From Burkholderiales bacterium (GTDB lineage Bacteria > Pseudomonadota > Gammaproteobacteria > Burkholderiales > SG8-39): 43,298 bases of DNA. Within the stretch, counting starts at the first letter, position 1. Each line of letters begins with the position of its first letter. The notes beneath the pieces are model-generated. The model was not told the origin of the DNA. It saw only the letters and a list, made by a program, of their open reading frames with translations, and made no database searches. The translations under genes were made by a program, and so were the position numbers. The stretch lies in assembly GCA_020846575.1 (NCBI GenBank), contig JADLDQ010000167.1, positions 1-43,298 on the forward strand. The letters run 5' to 3'. Positions 9,441-18,692 of the stretch are shown piece after piece.

Positions 9441-11042
9441 TCAGCGATGACCCGCCACCTGCTCGCGAAGCCTGAAACGCTGGATCTTCCCGGTGGCGGT
9501 CTTGGGCAGATCCGCCACGAACTCGATCCAGCGCGGATACTTGTACGGGGCGAGGCGGTCCTTCACGTGCTGCTTGAGCTCCTCGGCGAGGCCCTCCGAA
9601 GCCTTCAGGCCGGGCTTGAGCACCACGAAGGCGAGCGGCTTGACCAGGCGCTGCTCGTCCTCGGCGCCGATCACCGCGGCCTCCAGCACCGAAGGGTGCC
9701 CGATCAGCGCCGATTCCACCTCGATCGGCGAGACGTAGATGCCGCCCACCTTGAGCATGTCGTCGGTGCGGCCCGCGTAGACGTAGTACCCGGCTTCGTT
9801 CAGGGTGTACTTGTCGCCGCTGCGGGTCCAGGGGCCGAGGAAGGTGGAGCGCGAGCGCTCGCGGTTGTTCCAGTACAGGGCGGCGCTGGTGGGACCGCTC
9901 ACCTGCAGTTCGCCCTGTTCGCCGTCGCCGACCGGCGCGCCGCCGTCGCCGACCAGGCGCACCTCGTAGCCGGGCACCGGCCTGCCGGTGGTGCCGTAGC
10001 GTACCTCGCCGGGCCGTTTGGAGAGGTAGATGTGCAGCATCTCGGTGGAACCGATGCCATCGAGGATGTCGACGCCGAAGTGTTCGCTCCAGCGCCGGCC
10101 GATGTCCTCGGGCAGCGCTTCGCCGGCCGAGGTGCAGCGGCGCAGCGCCAGCTCGCCGCGCCGCGGCAGCTCCGGGCTGGCGAGCATCGCCGCGTACAGC
10201 GTCGGCACGCCGTAGAAGACGCTCGCCCGGTGCGCCCGCAGCCGGGCGAACACCGCCGCCGGCGTGGCGCGCTCGGCCATCAGCACCGCGGTCGCCCCGA
10301 CCGCCATGGGAAAGCTGAGCGCGTTGCCCAGGCCATAGGCGAAGTACAGCTTCGCGGCCGAGAACACCACGTCGCTTTCCTGGATCCCCAGGACCGGTCG
10401 CGCGTACAGCTCGGCGGTCTGCATCATGCTCGCGTGCACGTGCACGGTGCCCTTGGGCGAGCCGGTGGAGCCGGAGGAATACAGCCAGAAACAGGGGTCG
10501 TCGCGCGTGGTCGGCGCCGCCTCGAAGCGCTGCTGCGGCGGCGCGAGCAGGTCCGCGAGCCGGTGAGCGCCCGCGGGCGCGGCTTCGCCCGACACGATCA
10601 CGTGCGCCAGGCTCGGGATGCGACCCAGGAGCGGCGCGAGCACGGGCAGCAGCGGCTCGGACACCACCAGCGCGCGGGCGCGGCTGTCGCGCAGCATGTA
10701 CTCGAAATCCGCGGTGGTGAGCATGGTGTTGGCCGCGACCGGCACGATGCCCGCCTTGATGCAGCCGAGGAACACCGTCGGGAAATCGATGGTGTCCAGC
10801 AGCACGAGCAGCACCCGCTGCTCCGGCTGCAGCCCGATGGCGGTCAGAGCGCCGGCGCAGCGCTCGACGCGGTGTGCGAGATCCTGGTAGCTGCAGCTGC
10901 CGCGGTCGTCGACGAACGCGGCCTTCGCTCCCCGGCCGGCGCGCAGGTTGCGCTCGATGAAGTCGTGGGCCGCGTTGTAGTCGCGTGGAAACTCCAGCAG
11001 CGGCGGGCTGGTGCTGTGGTCGGCGCTGCTCAGTCCGGGCAT
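9441..11042 (-). CDS. bclA: Benzoate-CoA ligase family protein (adenylate-forming)
   Basis: AMP-binding motifs 'WLYSSGSTGSPKG', 'GIGSTE', 'YVYAGRTDDMLKVGG' and 'LPKTATGKIQRF'. The sequence resembles BclA/BadA overall. The start at 11042 was chosen for its GGAGGG RBS; the track ORF extends to 11087. Confidence 0.8.
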   Translation of the reverse strand: MPGLSSADHSTSPPLLEFPRDYNAAHDFIERNLRAGRGAKAAFVDDRGSCSYQDLAHRVERCAGALTAIGLQPEQRVLLVLLDTIDFPTVFLGCIKAGIVPVAANTMLTTADFEYMLRDSRARALVVSEPLLPVLAPLLGRIPSLAHVIVSGEAAPAGAHRLADLLAPPQQRFEAAPTTRDDPCFWLYSSGSTGSPKGTVHVHASMMQTAELYARPVLGIQESDVVFSAAKLYFAYGLGNALSFPMAVGATAVLMAERATPAAVFARLRAHRASVFYGVPTLYAAMLASPELPRRGELALRRCTSAGEALPEDIGRRWSEHFGVDILDGIGSTEMLHIYLSKRPGEVRYGTTGRPVPGYEVRLVGDGGAPVGDGEQGELQVSGPTSAALYWNNRERSRSTFLGPWTRSGDKYTLNEAGYYVYAGRTDDMLKVGGIYVSPIEVESALIGHPSVLEAAVIGAEDEQRLVKPLAFVVLKPGLKASEGLAEELKQHVKDRLAPYKYPRWIEFVADLPKTATGKIQRFRLREQVAGHR

Positions 11043-11345
11043 AAACCCTCCGCTAGGCGCGCCCTTGCCGCGAGGGCGCGCGATCATATCCGGGTGCGAC
11101 GACGCGGCCGAAGCGGATGCCGCCGGCTTCGCGCGCGCACATTCACCCCGCGGCGAGCGCCTCGCGGCAGGCCGCGAACACGCCGCGAGGGGCCTCGCCG
11201 TGCGCGGGCAGCGCCTCGTACCGCTTGTGCCCCAGCGCCGCAGCGAGCGCGCTCGCCCCGACGCATCCGGTGATCGGGGCGATCCGTGCGCTGATTTCCT
11301 CCGGCGTCATGGTCTTCGCAAAGGCGGCTCGGGCGTGGGGCCGCC

Positions 11346-11351
11346 TATAAT
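11346..11351 (+). promoter_or_regulatory. Perfect TATAAT hexamer in the bclA/boxC divergent intergenic region (candidate -10 box for boxCB)
   Basis: TATAAT read directly from the sequence, which is unusual in this GC-rich context. No good -35 lies at 17-bp spacing. Confidence 0.3.
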
Positions 11352-11405
11352 AGCCCGGAACCTTTCATGGGTCAGCGCGGTCCCGGCTCCACGGGGCGCC
11401 TGCAC

Positions 11406-11419
11406 CCCCTCGCGAGGGG
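11406..11419. promoter_or_regulatory. Perfect 14-bp palindrome CCCCTCGCGAGGGG immediately upstream of the boxC RBS (candidate operator or 5'-UTR structure)
   Basis: Read directly from the sequence. It lies 5 nt upstream of the AAGGAGG RBS. Confidence 0.3.
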
Positions 11420-11435
11420 CTCGCAAGGAGGCACA

Positions 11436-13136
11436 GTGTCGGAATCCGCCGCAGAACCGCGCAGCGCAGCCGCGCATGAGACTGCACGCGAACTCATCAC
11501 CTGCGAGCGCCATCCCGATCGCTACCGGCACTGGCGCCTCGCCGTCGAGGCGCGCGTGGCCACGCTCAGTCTGGATGTCGACGAGGCGGGCGGCCTCGCG
11601 CCCGGCTATCGCCTCAAGCTCAACTCCTACGACCTGGGCGTGGACATCGAGCTGCACGACGCGCTGCAACGCATCCGCTTCGAGCACCCGCAAGTGGGCT
11701 GCGTGGTGCTGACCAGCGCGAAGGAGCGGGTGTTCAGCGCCGGCGCCAACATCTTCATGCTGGGCCTGGCGAGCCACGCCGAGAAGGTGAATTTCTGCAA
11801 GTTCACCAACGAGACGCGCAACGGCATGGAGGAGTCCAGCGCCCACTCGGGCCTGAAGTTCCTCGCCGCCTGCAACGGCACCACCGCGGGCGGCGGCTAC
11901 GAGCTGGCGCTCGCCTGCGACCAGATCGTGCTCGTGGACGACCGCTGGTCCGCGGTCAGCCTGCCGGAGGTGCCGTTGCTGGGCGTGCTGCCGGGAACCG
12001 GGGGTCTGACCCGGCTCACCGACAAGCGCAGGGTCAGGCGCGATCAGGCGGACCTGTTCTGCACCTCCGCCGAGGGCGTGCGCGGCGCACGCGCCCGCGA
12101 GTGGCGGCTGGTGGACGAGGTGGTCAAGCCGGGGCAGTTCCACGAGTTCGTGGGCCGGCGCGCGGCCGAGCTCGCGGAGGCGAGCGAGCGCCCGCGGCAG
12201 GCGCAGGGCATCGTGCTGCCGCCCCTGGAACGGCGCATCGACGCCGCCGGCTACCACTACGCGCTGGTGGACGCGCGCATCGAGCGGGAAGCGCGGCGCG
12301 TCACCCTCACGGTGAGCGCCCCGGAGCGGCGCGAACCCGAGGACATCGAGGGCATTCTCGCGCGTGGCGCGCACTGGTGGCCGCTGCGCGTGGCGCGCGA
12401 GCTGGACGACGCCGTGCTGATGCTGCGCATGAACGACCCGGAGGTGGGCACCTGGCTGCTCTCGACCCGCGGCGATGCCGATCGGGTGCTCGAGGCGGAC
12501 GCGAGCCTCGAGCGGCACGGCGGCCACTGGTTCGTGAAGGAAGTGACCGGAATGCTGCGCCGGACGCTCTCGCGGCTGGACGTGTCCTCGCGCAGCCTCA
12601 TCGCGCTCGTGGACCGCGGTTCGTGCTTCGCGGGCACGCTGTTCGAGCTGGCGCTCGCCGCCGACCGCAGCTACATGCTGCAGCTGGACGGCGCAGCGCC
12701 GGGCGCCCCTTGCATCGCCTGCTCGCCGATGAATTTCGGCGCTTACCCGGCGGCCAACGGCGCCGCCCGCATCGAAACGCGGTTCTGCGGCGAGCGCGGC
12801 GCCGTCGAGGCCGCGCGCGCGGCGCTCGGGCGCCGGCTGGACGCCGAGCGCGCGCTGGCGCTGGGACTGGTGACCGCGGCCCCGGACGAGCTCGACTGGG
12901 ACGAGGAGATCCGCCTCGCTCTGGAGGAGCGCGCCAGCCTCTCGCCCGACGCGCTGACCGGGCTGGAGGCGAACCTGCGCTTTCCCGGCGCCGAGAACAT
13001 GCACACGCGCATCTTCGGGCGCCTGTCGGCGTGGCAGAACTGGATTTTCACGCGCCCCAATGCGACCGGCGCCGCGGGCGCGCTGAAGGTGTTCGGCACC
13101 GGCAGCAAGCCGGGCTTCGACTGGAACCGGACCTGA
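11436..13136 (+). CDS. boxC: 2,3-epoxybenzoyl-CoA dihydrolase / benzoyl-CoA-dihydrodiol lyase (BoxC)
   Basis: About 566 aa. The crotonase-like N-domain reads 'VVLTSAKERVFSAGANIFMLG...KFLAACNGTTAGGGYELALACDQIVLVDD...LPEVPLLGVLPGTGGLTRL', followed by the second BoxC-specific domain. GTG start with an AAGGAGG RBS. It sits next to boxB and benzoate-CoA ligase. Confidence 0.85.
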   Translation: MSESAAEPRSAAAHETARELITCERHPDRYRHWRLAVEARVATLSLDVDEAGGLAPGYRLKLNSYDLGVDIELHDALQRIRFEHPQVGCVVLTSAKERVFSAGANIFMLGLASHAEKVNFCKFTNETRNGMEESSAHSGLKFLAACNGTTAGGGYELALACDQIVLVDDRWSAVSLPEVPLLGVLPGTGGLTRLTDKRRVRRDQADLFCTSAEGVRGARAREWRLVDEVVKPGQFHEFVGRRAAELAEASERPRQAQGIVLPPLERRIDAAGYHYALVDARIEREARRVTLTVSAPERREPEDIEGILARGAHWWPLRVARELDDAVLMLRMNDPEVGTWLLSTRGDADRVLEADASLERHGGHWFVKEVTGMLRRTLSRLDVSSRSLIALVDRGSCFAGTLFELALAADRSYMLQLDGAAPGAPCIACSPMNFGAYPAANGAARIETRFCGERGAVEAARAALGRRLDAERALALGLVTAAPDELDWDEEIRLALEERASLSPDALTGLEANLRFPGAENMHTRIFGRLSAWQNWIFTRPNATGAAGALKVFGTGSKPGFDWNRT

Positions 13137-13153
13137 ACGGCAGGGAGCATGCC

Positions 13154-14578
<1,425 letters not shown>

Positions 14579-14638
14579 CCCCGGAGACTGACACCGGCGA
14601 CGGGCGCGCGGGCGCGCGCCGGGCAAACGGAGTTCGAC

Positions 14639-15097
14639 TTGACCATCAAGTACTGCTGGGAAGACTTCACCCCGGGCTGGGTGTACGAGTCGCCGGCGCG
14701 CTCGCTCGGCGCCGCGGAAATCGTCGCCTTCGCGCGCGAGTACGACCCGCAGCCCTACCACTGCGACGAGGAGGCGGCCAAGGCCACGCCTTTCGGCGGT
14801 CTGATCGCCAGCGGCTGGCAGACCTGCGCGGTGGGCATGCGGCTGATGTGCGACGGCTACCTGCTGGAGAGCACCTGCATCGGCTCGCCGGGGCTGGAGG
14901 AGATCCGCTGGTGGAAGCCGGTGCGGCCCGGGGATGCGCTGCGGCTGCGCTCCACGGTGCTGGAGCAGAGCGCCTCGGGCAAGCTCGCCTGGCGCGGCAC
15001 GGTCAAGTTCCGCTGGGACCTGCTCGACGCCGCCGGCGAACCCGTGTGCACCATGGTGGGCCGGCAGCACTTCCGGCGGCGCGAGGCCGCCGCCTGA
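14639..15097 (+). CDS. MaoC-like (R)-hydratase/dehydratase hot-dog fold protein
   Basis: 152 aa with 'FAREYDPQPYHCDEEAAKATPFGGLIASGWQT', the MaoC dehydratase N-terminal-type motif. Confidence 0.75.
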   Translation: MTIKYCWEDFTPGWVYESPARSLGAAEIVAFAREYDPQPYHCDEEAAKATPFGGLIASGWQTCAVGMRLMCDGYLLESTCIGSPGLEEIRWWKPVRPGDALRLRSTVLEQSASGKLAWRGTVKFRWDLLDAAGEPVCTMVGRQHFRRREAAA

Positions 15098-15202
15098 ACG
15101 GATCAGTCGGCTCTCGCGCCTGAGCGGATCAGTCGGCGCTCGCGCCGGAGCGGATCAGTCGGCGCTCGCGCCGGAGCGGATCAGTCGGCGCTCGCGCCGG
15201 AG
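15096..15202. repeat. 26-bp tandem repeat of about 4.1 copies (GAGCGGATCAGTCGGCGCTCGCGCCG). It fills the whole convergent intergenic gap and includes the 3' end and stop codon of the downstream Bug gene.
   Basis: Copies at 15096-15121 (3 mismatches), 15122-15147, 15148-15173 and 15174-15199, then a partial GAG. Counted directly from the sequence. Confidence 0.95.
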
Positions 15203-16158
15203 AGCTTCACCGCCTTCGAGTAGCGCTCCGCGTCGGCGCGCAGCGAGGCCGCGTATTCCTCCGGGGTGCTTCCCACCGCCTGGATGTCCAGGGCCGTGAA
15301 ACGCGCGATCACCTCCGGCGCCTTGATCGCCTCGTTCGCCTCCGCCGCGATGCGCGCGACCAAGTCCGCCGGCGTGGCCGCGGGGGTGAAGAAACCGATG
15401 GTCGGTGCGAAATCGAACCCCGGGATGGTCTCGGCCACGGCCGGCAGGCCCGGCGAGCTGGCCGAGCGCTTGAGCGAATTCACCGCCAGCAGCTTGATGC
15501 GTCCGTCCTTGGCGAAGGAGGCGAGCGACGGGTAGGCCGACCAGACCAGCGGCACCTGCCCGGCGACCAGCGCCGGGACGCTCTGGCCGGTGCCCTTGTA
15601 GGGCACGTGGGTGAGTTGCAGACCGAGCGCGGATTTCAGGAACTCCATGCACAGGTGGTGCGTGCTGCCGATTCCCGAGGAACCGTAGGTGTACTTGCCC
15701 GGATTGGCCTTGAGCACCGCCACCACTTCGGCGAAGGTGTTCGCGGGGAAGGCGTTGTGCGCGGCCAGGTACAGCGGCGCCCGCGCCACCAGCGATACCG
15801 GGGCGAGACTCTTCGGATCGTAGGGCAGTTTCCTGTAGAGGAACGGGTTGATGGCGTGGGTCGAGTTGTCGGTCACCAACAGCGTGTAGCCGTCCGGGGG
15901 CGCCGCACCGACGAACTCCGCGGCGATGCCGCTGTTGGCGCCCGCGCGGTTTTCGACGAACACCTGCTGGCCCCAGCGTTCGGAGAGCTTCTGCGCGACC
16001 ACGCGGGCGACCGTGTCGGGCAGCCCGCCGGGTGCGTAGCCCACCGCCACGCGCACCGGCTTTTCCGGAAAGCGCGCCGCCTGAGCGAGCGCGGACTGCG
16101 ACACGACGGCGAGGATCAGGGCTGCTGCGCTGCTGACCAGCGAGGCGACGACGCGCAT
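15181..16158 (-). CDS. Bug-family (TctC-like) substrate-binding protein
   Basis: The true start is 'MRVVASLVSSAAALILAVVSQSALAQAARFPEKPVRVAVGYAPGG' at 16158 with an AGGAGA RBS. The track ORF extends spuriously to 16335. Confidence 0.9.
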   Translation of the reverse strand: MRVVASLVSSAAALILAVVSQSALAQAARFPEKPVRVAVGYAPGGLPDTVARVVAQKLSERWGQQVFVENRAGANSGIAAEFVGAAPPDGYTLLVTDNSTHAINPFLYRKLPYDPKSLAPVSLVARAPLYLAAHNAFPANTFAEVVAVLKANPGKYTYGSSGIGSTHHLCMEFLKSALGLQLTHVPYKGTGQSVPALVAGQVPLVWSAYPSLASFAKDGRIKLLAVNSLKRSASSPGLPAVAETIPGFDFAPTIGFFTPAATPADLVARIAAEANEAIKAPEVIARFTALDIQAVGSTPEEYAASLRADAERYSKAVKLSGASAD

Positions 16159-16360
16159 GATTCCATCTCCTGGTGAAGGCAACTGGAGGTTTGGATTCTG
16201 ACACAGGCATCGGTCGCTGTCCGAGCGCGCCTTGCGCGGATCGCCGCGCCGGGCGCGGCGCGGCAGGCTCACCGCGCCGGACGCGGCGCGGCATCCTGAC
16301 GCGCACTGCGCGATTCGCCATAATCTCGTGCACACGCCAACGGCACAAGGCAGAGCGATC

Positions 16361-18088
16361 GTGGCAAACGAGCCCGCACAGCGCTACGCGGTCAAGGTGG
16401 ACAAGGACGTCCAGATCCCGATGCGCGACGGCGCCAGGCTCGTCGCCAACGTGTACCGCCCCGATGCGCCGGGGCGGTTTCCCGCGCTCACCGCCTGCGG
16501 CCCCTACGGCAAGGACGTGCACCTGAAGGTGAACTTCCCGGCGGCCTACGCCTACCTGGCGCAGCACCAGTCTTCGATCCTCGCCAACTCCTCGGGCAAG
16601 TACCTGCAGCACGAGATGCCCGACCTGGAGTGCTTCGTGCGCGAAGGCTACGCCGTGGTGCGCGGCGACATCCGCGGCTGCGGCAAGACGCCGGGCCTGC
16701 AGGACCCGAACTCACCGCAGGAGTACCGCGACGGCTACGACGTGGTGGAGTGGGCGGCGCGCCAGCCCTGGTGCAGCGGCAGGGTCGGCATGGCGGGCAT
16801 CTCCTACCATGCGGTGGGGCAGTGGATGGTCGCCGCGCAGCGCCCGCCGCACCTCGCCTGCATCCTGCCCTGGCACGGCAGCGCCGAGTACTACGAAGGG
16901 CGCACGCGCCAGGGCGGCATCTTCTGCGACGGCTTCACCCGCGGCTGGTGGGAGCGCCAGCGCCAGAACCAGCACGGCAGCCCGAGCTGCCCCTACCCCG
17001 ATTTCATCACCGGCGAGCGCAACACCGGGCCGGCGAGCCTCAGCGCGGCGCAGCTCGACGCCAACCGGGCGAACTACGTACAGACCATCCTCGCGCACCC
17101 TCTGCTCGACGCGTGGTACCGCGAGCGCATGCCGCGCTACGAGGATATCGAGATCCCCGCACTGGTGGTGGCGAACTGGGGCGGGCTCGGACTGCACCTG
17201 CGCGGCACCATCGAGGGCTGGATGAAGCTCGCCTCGAAGGACAAGTGGCTGAAGGTCGAATCCGGGCCCTACTTCACCACGCCGATGCTGCCCGAGAGCA
17301 TCGCGCTGCAGCTGCGCTTCTTCGACCGGTACTTGAAGGGGATCGACAACGGCTGGGAGCGGGAAGCGCGCGTCGAGGTTTCGATCCGCGGCGCAGACGA
17401 CACGGTGGAGCGCTGGATCCGGGATTCGCAGTGGCCCCTGGGCGGCACGCGCTGGACCCGGATGCATCTGGATCTCGCGGCGAAGACGCTCGCCGGCGAA
17501 CCGGGCGCGGCGGGAATGGCGAGCTTCGAGGCAAGCGGCGCGGGGCTTTCGTTCCGCACCCCGCCGCTCGCGCGCGAACTCACCTTCGCCGGTCCGAGCG
17601 CGCTGCGCCTCTGGGTTTCTTCCACCACGCCCGACGCGGACCTGTTCGTCACGCTCAGAGCCTACGATCCGCAGGGCAGGGAGGTGGTGTTCCACACCTC
17701 CACCGAGCCCAGGTCGCCCGTATCGCAGGGCTGGCTGCGCGTCTCGCATCGCAAGACCGACCCGCGGCGCTCCACCGAGTGGCTGCCGGTGCACACCCAC
17801 GACGAGGAGCAGATGCTCGAGCCCGGCGAAGTCGTGCAGGTCGACATCCCGATCTGGCCGGCGAGCCTGCGCCTGCCCATCGGCTCGCGCCTGGAACTGC
17901 TGGTCGCGGGGCGCGATTTCGAGCGGCCCGAGGAACCGGGCGCCCCCAAAGGCGCGACCCGGGGCTCGGGGCTGTACCTGCACCGCGACCCCGCCGACCG
18001 CCCGCCGGCCCGTTTCGCCGGCGCCTACACCCTGCACGCGGGGCCGGGCAGGGAGCCGCACCTTCTCTTGCCGGTGATTCCGGTCTGA
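16361..18088 (+). CDS. CocE/NonD family hydrolase (X-Pro dipeptidyl-peptidase S15-like alpha/beta hydrolase)
   Basis: 'VQIPMRDGARLVANVYRPDAPGRFPALTACGPYGKD...GYAVVRGDIRGCGKTPG...DVVEWAARQPWCSGRVGMAGISYHAVGQW'. The likely start is GTG at 16361. Confidence 0.8.
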   Translation: MANEPAQRYAVKVDKDVQIPMRDGARLVANVYRPDAPGRFPALTACGPYGKDVHLKVNFPAAYAYLAQHQSSILANSSGKYLQHEMPDLECFVREGYAVVRGDIRGCGKTPGLQDPNSPQEYRDGYDVVEWAARQPWCSGRVGMAGISYHAVGQWMVAAQRPPHLACILPWHGSAEYYEGRTRQGGIFCDGFTRGWWERQRQNQHGSPSCPYPDFITGERNTGPASLSAAQLDANRANYVQTILAHPLLDAWYRERMPRYEDIEIPALVVANWGGLGLHLRGTIEGWMKLASKDKWLKVESGPYFTTPMLPESIALQLRFFDRYLKGIDNGWEREARVEVSIRGADDTVERWIRDSQWPLGGTRWTRMHLDLAAKTLAGEPGAAGMASFEASGAGLSFRTPPLARELTFAGPSALRLWVSSTTPDADLFVTLRAYDPQGREVVFHTSTEPRSPVSQGWLRVSHRKTDPRRSTEWLPVHTHDEEQMLEPGEVVQVDIPIWPASLRLPIGSRLELLVAGRDFERPEEPGAPKGATRGSGLYLHRDPADRPPARFAGAYTLHAGPGREPHLLLPVIPV

Positions 18089-18150
18089 GCTGCGCAGGCG
18101 CTGCGGCGACGGCCGGCGATCGAACGACAGGGTTCGAAGAGGGAAATGCC

Positions 18151-18622
18151 ATGACGGCAACACGTGGGGCCGCGCTTTACCCGAGCGCCTTCATAGCGGC
18201 CGCCGCGCTGGCTGCGCCGGCGCCGCTGGCCGCCCAGGCCTACCCCTCGAAACCCATACGCAACATCCTGACCGTATCGGGCGGCGGTGAGACCAACGCG
18301 CGCATCGCCGCGGAAAAGCTCGCCACGCTGCTCGGCGTGCCCGTTCCCGGAGGTCCCGACCGTATTCGAGGTGATGCCGGGTTACGATCGCGTCGCCTCC
18401 TGGTTCGGCTACCTCGGGCCCGCCGGCATGCCGCAGCCCATCGTCGCGCGGCTCTCCAGCGAGATATTGAAAGCGGCGGCGATGCCGGAGGTGGTGCACA
18501 AGCTGGGCAGCGTGGGATCGATCGTGAATCCGCTGCCGTCCGACAGGTTCGCCGCGGAACTCAAGTTGCAGCACGATATCGCCGCGCGCCTGGTCGGGTT
18601 GGCCGGCGTGCAGCCGGAATGA
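18151..18622 (+). pseudogene. Bug-family substrate-binding gene remnant with a large internal deletion and a frame change
   Basis: The N-terminal part in frame 1 reads 'MTATRGAALYPSAFIAAAALAAPAPLAAQAYPSKPIRNILTVSGGGETNARIAAEKLATLLGVP'. It then jumps near 18340 into another frame: 'FPEVPTVFEVMPGYDRVASWFGYLGPAGMPQPIVARLSSEILK...LVGLAGVQPE*'. The central part of a normal ~325-aa Bug protein is absent. Confidence 0.75.
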
Positions 18623-18692
18623 GCCGGCCGGCGCCCGGGACGTGAGAAAGTCTGCCACTCCGGCTGCGGCACAGCCGCTCACAGGAACCGCC

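Noticed and set aside
15096-15202. Whether the 26-bp repeat array is a CRISPR array
   Set aside because: The copies are directly adjacent with no spacers, the unit is shorter than typical CRISPR repeats and overlaps a gene's 3' end, and no cas genes are present. It is a simple tandem repeat.
15181-16335. N-terminal extensions of several track ORFs: 15181..16335, 23164..24351, 24358..25692, 29659..30810, 31520..32911, 5495..6982, 6244..8991, 36625..38946, 37602..38855, 12101..14578, 16232..18088, 20646..22730 and 28039..29508
   Set aside because: In each case an internal start with a good RBS, and/or the expected family N-terminus (signal peptide, Walker A spacing, Rossmann motif), defines a shorter gene. 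The upstream part is Arg/Pro-rich, or it belongs to the neighbouring gene read in the same frame.
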